Assembly (NCBI GenBank): GCA_973895155.1
Contig: OZ316895.1
Location: forward strand, 23,262,558-23,326,557
Length of the DNA stretch: 64,000 nucleotides
Reading direction: 5' to 3'
DNA from: Marsupella aquatica
Lineage: Eukaryota; Plantae; Marchantiophyta
The notes under the pieces were generated by a model that saw only the letters and a program-made list of their open reading frames with translations, did no database searches and was not told where the DNA came from. Positions within the stretch are counted from its first letter, which is position 1; every line of letters begins with the position of its first letter. Shown here in pieces: positions 47,861-60,001 of the stretch. Both the position numbers and the translations under genes were made by a program.

Positions 47861-50124
47861 TATCCAAACTATATGCTATCCAAAAACAAATCTTCTCAAC
47901 AATTGCCAACAACTGCTCTTAAATAACACAAAATGAGCAGTTTACGCTGTTGACTACGCACTAAGAAATCCAAACAAAGAAGTCTATTGAACAATTCCAA
48001 CAACTCCCCTTGACAAGTAATGAGTGGGTTACAGCTTATGATGAAAGAGGACTATCCAAAGGAACGAGTCTACTGCACAATCACAACTGCTCTTGACCAC
48101 TATGCTGAAGTGGCCAGGTGTCGCTTGTGACCAACAAGCTTCAAGCTTAATCCAGGGTCAAACAATTCTGCCATACTTTCAGCTCTGGTGTGGCAAATGT
48201 CCTGCATGCAACATAGGTTCTGCTCCAAACTATCTCAGATGGGTTAAGTGTGTTATGAATTTGTAGTACTTAGTGTAGGTAATCCATATGAAAAAATGCC
48301 CAAAAAGTCTGGGGTTTTCTTCGCCTGCAGATCCAGTTGTGCTGCTTGCTTTTAGGTTGTTCCCCTAAGTGAAAAAAAGAAAAGAAAACTTAACTGCTCT
48401 AACTTGACAAAGAATGAGACTTGGGTTCCAGCTTACTCCCGAGCTTACTATGAACTAAGGAGGACTTTACTATGATGTGGGGGGGGCACTTGGGAGCTTT
48501 TCCACCAAAGCAAGCTGGACGGCCATTGCACACACTAAATATAGTGTCCGAGCCGAGGCTAAAGTGCATTTTTCAAATCCTTTTATTGCCCCCAAGGTCT
48601 TGTAAAGCCAAGTGCAACCAGTGGTGTTAGAGTAATGTACTAAAAGACAGATTGAGGACCCACTCCCACTGAATGTCACGCAGTCTTTGGCTAAAGTTTT
48701 TCTAGATGAGAAGAAAAGATATTTCCTTCTATAAGTCACAGGAATTGAATAAAATGCTGGAGGTGCAGGCGGTCGCTGCCGGTAGCCGGTCGGTGCAGGG
48801 TTAGCTGTGCGTAGAATACAGTTAAATACATCAAAAGCGCCATTGGTAACATCTAGCAGACCATGTCCTGGTCGAAGACAAGTGAGAGTATGGCGAGAGA
48901 GGGTGCAGGTTCGAATCTCGCCTGCACCATTTTCCTTTTTAACACAGATCCCCCCAAAAGTGGGGTCCAAAGGTCGCTAGTGACATTAGTATTTTTTTTA
49001 TTCCACCCCAGAGTTAACACACATCCTCCCCAAAAAGTGGGGTTCACTAGCACCTAGTGACACTTAGAATTTTTTCATTCAAGGAGAGGAACTGGCAGTA
49101 GCAATTTCCCGTCAATGTTTACTCAACTGCAAGACAACATTAATTGCAAAACATGTGACTTGTAGAAGTGAATCTGATGAAGGAGTTGTGGGTCCCTTTT
49201 TAATGCAAATGACTTAAAATAGAAATGGACCAAGAGTCCATAAGAAGGGACCTCCAAGACCAAGAGAGGTGGTCTAAAATCTAGGACAAAAGAGTGCTCC
49301 ACATAAGCAAAAATTGGGCCCCACTACATTCCATGTAAGATTGGTAACAGGTTTGGTTGAAAGTGCCCCCAAGGTTTTGTAAAGTGAACAGCAACACTTT
49401 CTCCCAAATTGAATAGTCTTTAGCTTAGTATTATAAACTAAATCCTAATAAAATAATAATAATGTACTCCAGGGTCACTTCTACTGCTCTGACTTGACAA
49501 AAATGAGTGGTTTACAGATTACTATCTACTAAAGACTGTGAATGAAGACTTTCATTGCCATCGTCATCAACAAAATACTTGATGGGGCCTCTCTAGGTAA
49601 ATATATTCTTGACAAGCCCCTCACTTTTCAAATATACTTAATGGGGCCCATTGTCCCTGCAACCCTTTCTCATGACCCGTGTGATTATTTTTTTCATTTT
49701 TTAATTGTAACATAGTTGCACAATTATCTAAGTCAGTCCACCAAATGTACTCTCTATAAGTAATTTTGAGTGTACTCTTGCTTAGAAAATAAATATATAA
49801 GATATGTACAAAGTATTTAGCCAGTATTTAGCATTTGTCACTCCCATATTTATTTTTCTTCATATTTTGAATACTTCTGCAAGGTAACTAGTACACTTGT
49901 CTCTCCCATATTTTTTTTCTTCATGTTTTGAAATACTTCTGGGTAAGTAGGTTTACTCTCTTTAGTTATCCTCTCTCAAATTTTTGGAAGTATTCATACC
50001 TGAGTGAAAATATTCTCCAAAGAATAATTAGTCTTACCTAAAACTTTCTTAAAGGTGAACATAATAGTCACTGAAAATTGATCGTCGTCATTTGTGGTTG
50101 GTTAATAGCAATTCTTTGTAAACT

Positions 50125-50268
50125 AGTGGAGCAGACTAATAAGGAGTTTGGATCTGAGCGAAAAACCAGTTTCCATGTGTCGTCCTCCTCTTACCAGTTC
50201 TGTAAAGTGGAGCAGACTAATAAGGAGTTTGGATCTGACTGAAAAACCAGTTTCCATGTGTCGTCCTC
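50125..50268. repeat. 81-bp-period tandem duplication
   Basis: AGTGGAGCAGACTAATAAGGAGTTTGGATCTGA..GAAAAACCAGTTTCCATGTGTCGTCCTC twice. Confidence 0.9.
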
Positions 50269-51320
50269 GTCATGCCCATGATCTCCTCAACTGGTTGACA
50301 AATGGACAAGTTCTAGATCGAACTGGGAATTAAGTTGCCTTCCTGATCGAACCGAGAATTTAGTTGGGGAATGTGCAGACTTCAAACTAAGTCGACAATA
50401 ACGACAGAGACCACCCAAATTGACGCATACTTTTTCAGTGAGGTGGAATTCTGCTAATTTTCGCCACTTCAAAGACGGCTGTTCCCAGTGAAGAAACCTG
50501 AGAGGGCGAAGTCTACACTCCAAGCCAATGAATGGAGTGATAAGCCACAACTTCGTACTCGTGAACCGTAACTTCCAAGCTTGGAGACGTGCAGTCCCAG
50601 CTGTTGCGGCATCTGCTACAGTTGGCAGTCAGAGCAGTGGAACTCAAGGCATCCATCCATGACTTATTGCGACTATATATAGAGCGGATCGATGCAGATG
50701 CATTGATTCACGAAGAGGAGTAAACAGTCAGCCCTCGAAAGTCGTAAACCGGAATGATAATTATACAGGGTTTGTTTCAGAACTGAAAGATTCACCATTA
50801 CAGACTAGCTACACTAGATCAGTAGATCTTGTAGAGATCAAGTCGACCGATATTCTAGGGAAACCGAGGCTTGATGCATGTGTTAGGCTTTCTCGAATTC
50901 TCGTAGTCTTTCCCTGTTTTTCTCCATTTATTGGGTCCTTTTGGTTTGGGATCATGTCTCCCTGTTTGCCTTTCCGGTCGTTTGGCATTGTTATATAGTT
51001 AAGCCAGCAGCAGCACCTCGAACAGCACTCGAAAAGGGGCAGTTGGAAACGGGGTGTGTTTACTCCAGAAGCAACTTGGCTGGCCGTGCCCAGTTTAAAA
51101 AAGAACATGGAGTCCTGGCTCTTGACCGGCCCTGACTTTTGCTTCAATCTCGCGGGTCTACTCGGGGAAGTGCTATGGGAGCCAGAAGTTCGGGAGGCAA
51201 ATTGAAGCTAGGAATAATAATTGGGGAACGCTCACAGAATCGCGATGATACAATCATGTCGACCAATGTGAGCTCACGGACGATGCAAGCAACAGTTCCT
51301 TGGCTTGAAGGCTGGGAACT

Positions 51321-51460
51321 TTTATTTCCTATCATCCGACGGCCAATGGTATGACAGAGAGAGCTAATGGGATCATTGGTAAGATCCTCGATAAGACCTC
51401 AGAATCGCTGAGAAATTGGCCGAATTATTGGCACACTCATTATTTGGGGTTTGCACTTTG
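51321..51460 (+). pseudogene. Isolated Ty3/Gypsy integrase (rve core) fragment
   Basis: From 51330 the frame reads YHPTANGMTERANGIIGKILDKT...RNW, and after a 1-nt shift AELLAHSLFGVCT. This matches the Gypsy consensus YHPQxNGxxERxNxxxxxxL...WxxxLPxALxAYRT. Confidence 0.65.
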
Positions 51461-52079
51461 CGAAGCTGTGATCGCGGGCCCCCGAATAACGCTAAGATAG
51501 AGATAGATCATAGACGTTGCTGTGAGCACTGAGATTCTGCTGAACGAGGAGGCTGCTTAGGATTCTTAGGAAAGGGAGGCGCTGTCAGGGTTGAGGACTT
51601 TGAGGAGGTAGAAGGCGACTACAGTGGTAGCTACAGTACTAGGCTTTATCCTCTAGCTATCATTCGAATTGGCGGTGAAGGCGGTGATTTCATTGTTGGG
51701 ATGCGACAGTGGACTGAATAGGTTGCCTGCAAATCTTCCTGCAGTGAGAGGAGCTGCAGGAGCTTGAACCGTCCAGCTTGATGCATGATTGTGAATCTGA
51801 ACGTGCATGAGAATCAGCAACACTCAGCCCCGCACTCAGCCAACAGCTATTACGTAACTTACTGTAGGAGCCAGCAAGCTATGGGTGTCGCCTCTTTTGA
51901 CTTTGTAAAATGGCTGAGCTGGTAGCAAGCTACTGTAGTTTGTTGCTTTGTCTGGGATGAATTCTCGACCTACCTCGAAAACCAATTCAATCTTGCTTTT
52001 GTTTTACGCATTATTGGTCTGGAAAAACAAAATCTTCGTCATTGAGAGATAAATTCCAATCAGTTTCTTAAAAAGGACA

Positions 52080-52840
52080 CATTGTTGTGGTTTTCTTTGC
52101 TTTTCCTTTATTTTCATTTCTTTTTGGTACCAAAGAAACTCAGAACTTGTTTGATTGTGGTTTGCTTTTATTTTATTTCATTTCTTTTTGGTAACCAAAG
52201 AAAATCAGAAGTTTGATTGTGGTTTGTTTTTGTTTCACACATTGCTACTGTAACTCACTTTTGCATTTCTTTTCCTTGTTTGGTGTTTATCCTTTTTGGA
52301 CCTCTTTTTCTTTCCATTCATTGTACTTTGTTTTTTCCTGGTTTATAAATTTTGGTGGAAGTTTCTCGTTACTCAATGTGAAAAACAATACAAAAATATG
52401 AAATAGGCATTTCTATCTAGTGGAAGGGAATTCCTCACTTTCAAAAAAGTCTCTTAGAATCAACGTGAAAATTATTCCCTTTGTTATTGTGGCTTTGCTT
52501 TTGTTTCACATATTGCTACAACTTTTGTCAATGTGAACACAAAACAAATAAAATACTCTATCTTGGAGGCATTTCCCCTTTCTCAGAAAACACTCTTCAG
52601 TGTGAAAAACATTATCTCCCGCATGATCTTTGTTGTTGTGGTTTGTTCTCCCTCACACATTGCTACAACTCTCTTCAATTGTGAGAACAAACACAAAATA
52701 TAAAATCATGGGGTTTTCTATCTCAAAGGCAATCCTTCTTTGTCGGAAACTCTCTTCAATGTATAAAACATTCTCCAAGTGATATGGTTTGCTTTTGTTT
52801 CACACGTTGCTATGACTCTCCTCAATGTGAAATCAAAACA
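52080..52840. repeat. Degenerate T/A-rich tandem repeats
   Basis: TTGTGGTTTG(C/T)TTTTGTTTCACA(C/T)ATTGCTAC...CAATGTGAA recurs at about 52217, 52487, 52636 and 52783, with shorter copies at 52086 and 52155. Confidence 0.65.
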
Positions 52841-52849
52841 AATCAATTG

Positions 52850-53029
52850 GCTTACTATAGGTTAGTTGTCTAGGGGATGAGCCTGGAACTGAAAGGTCTC
52901 AGGTCCACTCATACATTCACACACAGGGGTGTGAGGGTATATGTGTGGGTGGGATGGGTTTTGTGAGTGGTGGATGAGAGTTCTGATTATCTACTCGACC
53001 CCTGGTTGTCCACTTTGTGGCCCTGTTTC

Positions 53030-53087
<58 letters not shown>

Positions 53088-53170
53088 GGGTCCCTGTCGG
53101 ATCCATGGGGGCATGGGTTCCCTACCGGGACAACCCCATTTCTTAATAATACCAAATATCTCTGAGGGCA
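52850..53170 (+). mobile_element. Degenerate copy of tRNA-derived SINE family (contains (CT)27 microsatellite at 53032-53085)
   Basis: Shares AGGGGATGAGCCT.GAAC.GA.AGGTC..AGGT and the downstream GT-rich GAGTTCTG segment with 59678-60001. The B box is decayed. Confidence 0.55.
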
Positions 53171-53705
53171 TCCCAAAGATATTACATGAACTCAAGGCCC
53201 AATCCCTTAACCATATGAAATCCCAGGAGCCATGAGACTGATTGAGGCATTACCCGTCCCTCCCCCCCCCCCCCCCCAAATAAATAAATAAATTTAATAA
53301 TAATAATAATAATAATAATTTGAAATTAAAATGAAAATTAGAAATGTTCATTCTTGAGGAGTCAATTAAAAAACCATCTTAGGAACCATGTGCAATCCAA
53401 CAGATATTTTGATCTGTAATTTAGAACAAACAAATTACAAAGCCTACAAACTAAAATGGGGTGCCATAAACCCAAAATTTGAGAACAAGTTAAAATGAGG
53501 TCAATAAACATTTATCAAATTAATGGGGTACTTCAATTAGATTAGGAAGGCATGTTGTTAAGAAGTGCAATACACTAAATGAACCCCCCAGTATTCCTTC
53601 AAAGTAGGAACATCAGTGGATTGATTGGGATCGGCATCAAGGGTTGAGCATTTGTGGCTCATAAGTGTAGAGTGTGATACTACAAAGATGGGCAAAAAAC
53701 TGTCA

Positions 53706-54300
53706 TCAGGTCAGCCAGTGACTGTTATGCTCTTGGGCTAGAACCATCCATTGTTCTCCTCTTGGTTTTCTCGTGTTGAAAATTGAATCCCTGCTGAGAA
53801 CCCCTTTTGATTGTCTATTTTGCTGATTCCTGCAGCAAGCTTCAATCTCAACACTGACTACAAATGCATGGGTTCCACTTTGCTTGAAGAGAGGTCCATA
53901 GAATGACTTGACAGTAACATGTAACACCCACCACAGTTTGGCGAGGGCAGTGCTCAGGGCAGTGTGGTCTGGTAAGAGGCCGCAGAAAGCTTGCATTGCC
54001 AAGGACATCACACCCATCCTAGCAGGCTTCATCCTGTGGTTTAGTACAGAACCCAATCTTTGCATTCCCCTCTCTGTCACACAAATGAAATCATTGAAAC
54101 TTGACTTGAAACAGGGCAATGAGCCTGGAATAAATCAAAATCACTGAACATGACTTGGTGGAGGTTTTGGAATAGAGGGAAGTCTAGGCTCATTAAACTC
54201 TTTACAGACGCCCATGGAAAGTTTATTCCAAAATTCTTGGATGCACGTTCACATCAGCATGTTTTGTCACAAACAAAAATTGTTGGTTATGCAAGAAATA
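53706..54300 (-). mobile_element. Degenerate L1 LINE ORF2 fragment
   Basis: The minus ORF contains ...KPARMG...GLLPD...TALAKLWW, resembling the plant L1 PKxxGGLGxxD...NxALLAKxxW segment after RT. Confidence 0.45.
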
Positions 54301-57029
54301 CCAAATTTTACTTTTCATGTTTGAGGAAGGCAAAGAAAAACAGTCAGACTGTGTAATTGTAATAACAATGCATGGAAAATTGAAAAATAGCATTTCAATT
54401 AAACAAAGAAAAGGATAAAATAGGGGTGAAAGAAAATAATCTTTGGATGAGTTGTGATTGATATATCAATATTTTCTGGTAATCTGTTTCAATTTTCTAT
54501 TGAATTTAAACAAATTTGACATACTGACAAATAGAAAGAAACTCTTCACTCTATCATCTACCAAGGTAACATAATAAGCTCAAGAAACTTTTGAACTTCT
54601 CTAACCAACAAAGGTAACACCATAGCTAGCTACTATGGGTAGGAGAATACCAAGAGACTCTAAGACCTTCCAACTACTATGGACAAAGTAAATTTTTACA
54701 TGAACTATATGGAATGTTAAGTGTTGTATAGACATAAAGGTACTAAGGAAAACGTTTTGCATAGAGAATTACCATGAATTTACTCCTATTTGACTTCAAT
54801 GAAGTTGTGTTAACTAACACTATCACTCACTTCATTTAAATTTTTTTCTCTGACTCATCTATCTATTTCAATCTCTTTATGACTCTAATAGTTTAATAGA
54901 ACAAACTTACATAATCGAGGCGGTACTCTAAGTAATTCAATTGATTATTTTGAAGTCCCATTTTGGTGGGATGGGGGAGATATATTTTACACGGTTTCTT
55001 GACGCTCTTGAAGGACTGAAAGGGGAATGATGTCCAGGGGTATGTCCTTACTTCTCCAATAGGGTACATGCAAGTAGATAGAGGACTTTAGACCACGTGA
55101 TTATCTGAAATATAGGCAAGTACATATAGTACTTTCTGGCATGCAGCAAGTACATGGGAAGTACGATGATATCAAAAGTTTTGTTCATTATTTTGTTGCC
55201 TCTTGCAAGGGAATTTCCATTTGGGGGGATAATTTTGTCTTTTCCTCCCTGGTATTTTTCTCCTTTTCAATTCATGGGGAAGAAAGCGAAGAGTGATTGA
55301 AGGGGGGGGCGGGGCGAGGACGGAGCCAGGGAGGGAGCAAGAGGACAGAAACACAGGGTTCAGGGGAGAGAAAAGGGGAAGAAAATTTTGGAAAAATGTA
55401 GGGTGACAAACGTAATGCATTTTTTACTGCCAGAGGATTCCTAAGGGCCTGGTCAAGTCCTGAATCTATCCTTGTTGTTGACCAAATCTAGAAGATGGGG
55501 AAGATGGTAGAGTGCATTCCTTCTCTATTTCCCATGAACTAGTTTTCCACCTAGTCACACATTCCATATGGTAGTATTGAATAGTTTTCCTTACATGTAG
55601 GGAGATCTGATATCTGAAATTAATGTTAAAAATTAAATAAGGGGCATTCCTAACATCTTGTCCTTCACAATAAGACAAAATTAATCTACAGAACGACCAC
55701 GAATATTCTTAGCATTCTCTCCTTCACCCATGGTGCCATAGACCACCCGGACAAAACAAAAAAAACCTTTGTCTCCGGTGTGAATTCTTGGTGGGCAGAA
55801 GAAATTGCGGAAAGAAAACAAGTAAGGAATGTTTTTTTTCGGTTTTTGGGGAGCTGTACAAAATATTCTACATGCACGCGTGAAGAACGCCGAAAACACC
55901 AAAATAATATCAGGCGCAAGACAATCCCAAATTCCGAGAATAGAGGCGAGTAACCGAGTACCGCAAAAGCTCCTAACCGCCAAAATAGCGTCGTCATCAA
56001 AAACGGGGACAAACAATCACGTAGCGTCATCCCTTGCGGGCTTTGGTCGAGACTTGAGACTTCCCTGCTACCGGAAAGACCACACCGGGTTTCCCAAATC
56101 CCCGTGGAGTCGTAGATTCCCTCGTGTTTACCGTGCTGGAAAGTTTGAGTGCAGGAAAGCCGGGAAGCCGGAAAGTCGGGGGAAGAACAAGTATCGAATG
56201 TAACATAGCTTCGCGTTTTCCTATTGGGTCACACTTAGGGCCCCTTAATAATTGAAAGTCAATGTCCCCTACTGTAGTTGTAGACATTAGGGGGTCTAAA
56301 TTGGTGGACATTAGTAGTGATGGGAAGGACCAAAAAACGTTGTAAATCACAAAAAATTTGGATATAAAAAATGGTCAGATGCAATGGCCATAAGTCACTA
56401 AAGAGGTTAGTAGAAAAAGAATGACATAACCCCTCTGTTCAGAGGGTTTCAAAACTCTGGACTTTGGTATGTGACCAAAATCTATTATCTGTAAGTATGA
56501 AGCTCTGAAACGCCCTATAATTGGCTCAATGACCCAAAAGCTGTTGGGCCTCGTTTGAAAATAAATTACCTGCAGGCAAAAGCTATATTGGGGTGGCTCA
56601 GTCTACAAAAGCCTGGAACACATTGTTTGTTTTCCCTTCTTCAAGTTTAAGTCCTGATAGTTGAATGGATTCCCTAATGGATTGCTGCAATTGGCTTTAC
56701 AAAAACTTGGGGCAAATTTACAAGAGGCTGGGGCACAATGTTTTCCCTTCAAGATTAAATCTAAATACTCCAATGAGTGCAAATTGTTCTAGTTCCTTGG
56801 TTTTACAAGAACTTGGGGGCTACTTTAGTCCAGGTTGTGGCACATTGATTTTTTTCCTCCACGATCAAATGTAGAGTAGTCTATTGATCCTGTTGTTGAT
56901 TGGAAATTGCTCTTGTTGACTTTACAAGAACTTGGGGGCCCATTCAGGATGGTGATGACCAATCTGAGTAGCAAATAAATTTCAATGTGGAATGTTGATT
57001 ATGTCTAGAATTGTAGATCACCCCAGAAG

Positions 57030-57687
57030 TATTGAACAAAGACAACATTCACAACGACAAGCCTATCATTATCCAATGCACAAGTAATCGACATAGAGAA
57101 ATATACATGATGTGGTTCATCTCAGTTGAGGCTACGTCAACGGGAACACACAAGAGCTTTACTACACTCTTGGCCCTTCGGCCATACCAAGTCTCTACAA
57201 TACAAGATCTCTCTATCTTTTAACAAGCTCCGTAACAATAAGCCTGAGTTCCCTCTATTCAAGCAAACCTTGAGTTCCCTCATAACTAAGTGGTAGCCTA
57301 ATACATAGGAATGAGCAAGAGCAAATATCATTAATTACACATTGAAATAATATTAAAAACCTTACTTGAATCCCGACTTGAATTGTGATGCAATTGCAAA
57401 ACCTGCAAAATGTCACAATGTCTAGAAAAACCCCAAGAAAAACTTTCCAAATGAATCACTTTGGTAAAGGCGTCAGCTGGGTTGAGCTACCGTCAATCTT
57501 GACTAGCTCAAACAAATTATCAACATAGTCTGCCTGATAAAATGATACCTGATCATATGAGCCTGAGTTCTCTCTATCTAAGCAAACCCCATTTTGAATA
57601 CAGTGTGCAACATGACTAACCTAACCAAGTCCACGACCCTAACCACGGTTAGAGATGTAACCTAGACCTAAGAATAAATGCCTCACA
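57030..57687 (-). mobile_element. Internally deleted Copia element (LTR + RNase H C-terminal scrap + partial LTR), 658 bp
   Basis: Starts TATTGAACAAAGACAACATT (family terminus TGTTGAGCAAGGACAACATT) and ends CCTCACA. TSD AGAAG on both sides (57025-57029, 57688-57692). Minus strand 57554-57440 reads IRYHFIRQ...LFELVKIDG.LNPADAFTKV with frameshifts, homologous to 22810-22700. The LTR segment AGCCTGAGTTC.CTCTAT..AAGCAAACC is repeated at about 57241 and 57559. Confidence 0.85.
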
Positions 57688-58399
57688 AGAAGTGGTGCAC
57701 AACAATTCTGAACTTTTGCTCACTAATTCAAGTGATTTGGATTTCTAAAATTTCAATAAAAAAAACCATTTGTATGGAGTCTAAGTATGTTTAGAACAAG
57801 AAAGCATACAAGAAAGTGGACCTTCAGTTGGCTTTGGCGGAATATGTTCACAATTGCATGCCCCCACGATTTATAAAGCCACCTGTAGTTGTATGTAAGT
57901 TCAGAGTCAAATTAATTAATTAAACTACATTGGCACCCAATGCAAAAATGTGACATTCCAAAACTGGTAGGCTGGAAAAATATGCTTTCTCTTTGGAGTA
58001 TTAAAATTAAATTTCGTACACTGGACTTATCTGTAACTCATTACTTTATCGGTGCTTCTCTCCAAAAAAGAATTGACATTGATTTGGTTGCCAAAAAGTT
58101 TTGATGATAGTTTAAAATCTATTTGAAATCTTAATATTTTCCCACTAGATAGGACATATGCAAAAGTTATAATGGACCTCAACTTATGCCACTAGGCAGG
58201 ACACATGCAAAAGTTTGAATTGACTTGAGCAATCTTTTGCCTTGCAAGAGGGCAAAAAAGGTTAGAATGGATGAGATTGACAATAGTTTGGTGGGTTTGT
58301 TGGCTTGGCGTCTAGATTCCTTCAAACCTGCCAGTAAAGTTGTAATGTCAGTCCTAACCGTCAGTCAGGGTGCTTGGTGCTTTACAAGAAGTGGGGGAT

Positions 58400-59200
58400 A
58401 GTAGTGACTTATTTAATCAAAACAAACCAGAGAGGGTCCCTTCTTTTCTCAAGCTAGACTCTATTGAAAGGGAGTTCAATAAATGCCAATCCAATCCAAT
58501 AATGTGCCCAACGTTCCTACAAGGAGCAAAGCGATAAAAGCGGACCGAGTGCTGCCTTTGAAGTTGGGGAAAATGTTTGGCTGTGTCTTTTGCCTCACTA
58601 GATTAACTCTAATCTACCACAAAAGTTTGCTGCACCTGAAGGCATGTGGGTCCGAATCACATGATTGCTAAGGCCCATAAGGATCCGACAACCTTGCTTA
58701 TATTGGAATTGCCTCTTTAAGGATTGGCATTCAATCGCCTCAAGAAGTTTGACAGGACAATAACCCCAAAAAGGGTGCAAGTTCTACCTTTCAGCCTAAG
58801 TGCTCGGTGTCTCCCAAGCTAAGCGTTTTTACTGGATGAGACAGTAAAAGTCCCGGCATCCACAACATATTTCCCATTTTAAGGACAGTACCCTTAGCTT
58901 GAGAAATGGGAAATATGTTGAGAAGTCCCTGCAATCACAACTCAGGCATCCTTCATAGAGGTGAAGCATCCATTGAAACTTGTTTATCATATTTGACCAT
59001 TTTTCCACTCCTCATTCAGCAACAATCTCAGAAAAACCTCAAAATTTGTGAGATAACAGAGTGGACAACAAAGAACATGCTGAAAAATTTTGTGCTCAAA
59101 CATAGATCCAAAGTTGTCCAAATAAATGTAACCAATGCACAAATCTGCCAAAACCCGCCATGTTACAGTTGGACCCGGTTCTTTTCAATAGTGAGATGTC
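58400..59200 (-). mobile_element. Heavily decayed L1 reverse-transcriptase relic
   Basis: Minus-strand scraps occur in the expected order: SGKMVKYDK (cf. SGLxVNxxKS), KY..GMP (cf. KYLG.P), KRLAW...L..KGR (cf. KRLxxW...LSxxGR). Many stops and frameshifts. Confidence 0.4.
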
Positions 59201-59677
59201 CTTCCAATAGCAACCGGTTAGTTTGAATTTCAGGGGTGTAAAGTGAGGAAGCATGTGACACAGTCCATGGGGATGGGCAAAACAAGCCCCTGGCTTGGTC
59301 CATCCGGGCTTAATTTTCTGAAAATTGTCCTTTGCTTGCACTAACAGTAGTAAAGATAGAAATATCTTAGGCTTTTAAGTGCTTTAAGGTCCTAACCAGA
59401 TTGAGCATTATGGCATACAATGTTCTGTAAAGTTGACTTTACTATTGAAGAAATATTGAAGGAAAGCCAGATTATTAGTCTTAAGATCTTGCTTGGTACA
59501 GATTTTCTAGTGGACTACCCATGGCCGCAATCATTCTCCCCCTCCCTACCTTGGATCATCACACCAAGGTAAGGTGGCTTTACAAGACTGCACTTGTGAC
59601 TTTTTTCCCCACCAAATCAGAACTGGTGCGCCTTGTTCTCAATCCATACCAAAATCTTTTGAAAATAAGTTCAAACA

Positions 59678-60001
59678 CTGGCTTTGGTCAATTGGCCAGG
59701 GGATGAGCCTAGAACGGAGAGGTCCTAGGTTCAATCCCCCCTCCACAACCTCCCCCCCCCCCCCCCCCCCCCCCTCTCCACATGCAAGGGTTGTGAAGGG
59801 TGAGGGTGAGTGAGTGTGTGTGTGGTAGTAATGGGAGTTCTGGTTTGTCCTCAGCCAGGGGCTGGTCTGTTTTGGGGCTCTGGTCCTAGTGTCCTACCCT
59901 CTCTCCTTCCTGGGTATGACCCCCATTGTCAGCTACCCTACAGATGTGCATGCTCCACATGATGGTCTATCCTCTGTTGGATGGGTCAGGGCCGAAAAAA
60001 A
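59678..60001 (+). mobile_element. tRNA-derived SINE (about 325 bp)
   Basis: Pol III A box TGGTCAATTGG (59685-59695) and B box GGTTCAATCC (59728-59737) at tRNA spacing. Non-tRNA body with a poly-C tract, and an A tail at about 59995-60001. Imperfect TSD AGTTCAAACA / AGTACAAACA. Confidence 0.7.

Noticed and set aside
51350-51665. miR156-like TGACAGAGAGAG and a miR390-site-like GGCTTTATCCTCTAGCT
   Set aside because: Too many mismatches and indels, no star arm and no tasiARF sequence; the first lies within the integrase relic.
55686-56250. CpG-rich block with 107-124-aa ORFs ending in GGGCCCCT-TAA
   Set aside because: No matching opposite TIR, no splice pattern and no domain; probably a TE fragment, but unclassifiable by eye.
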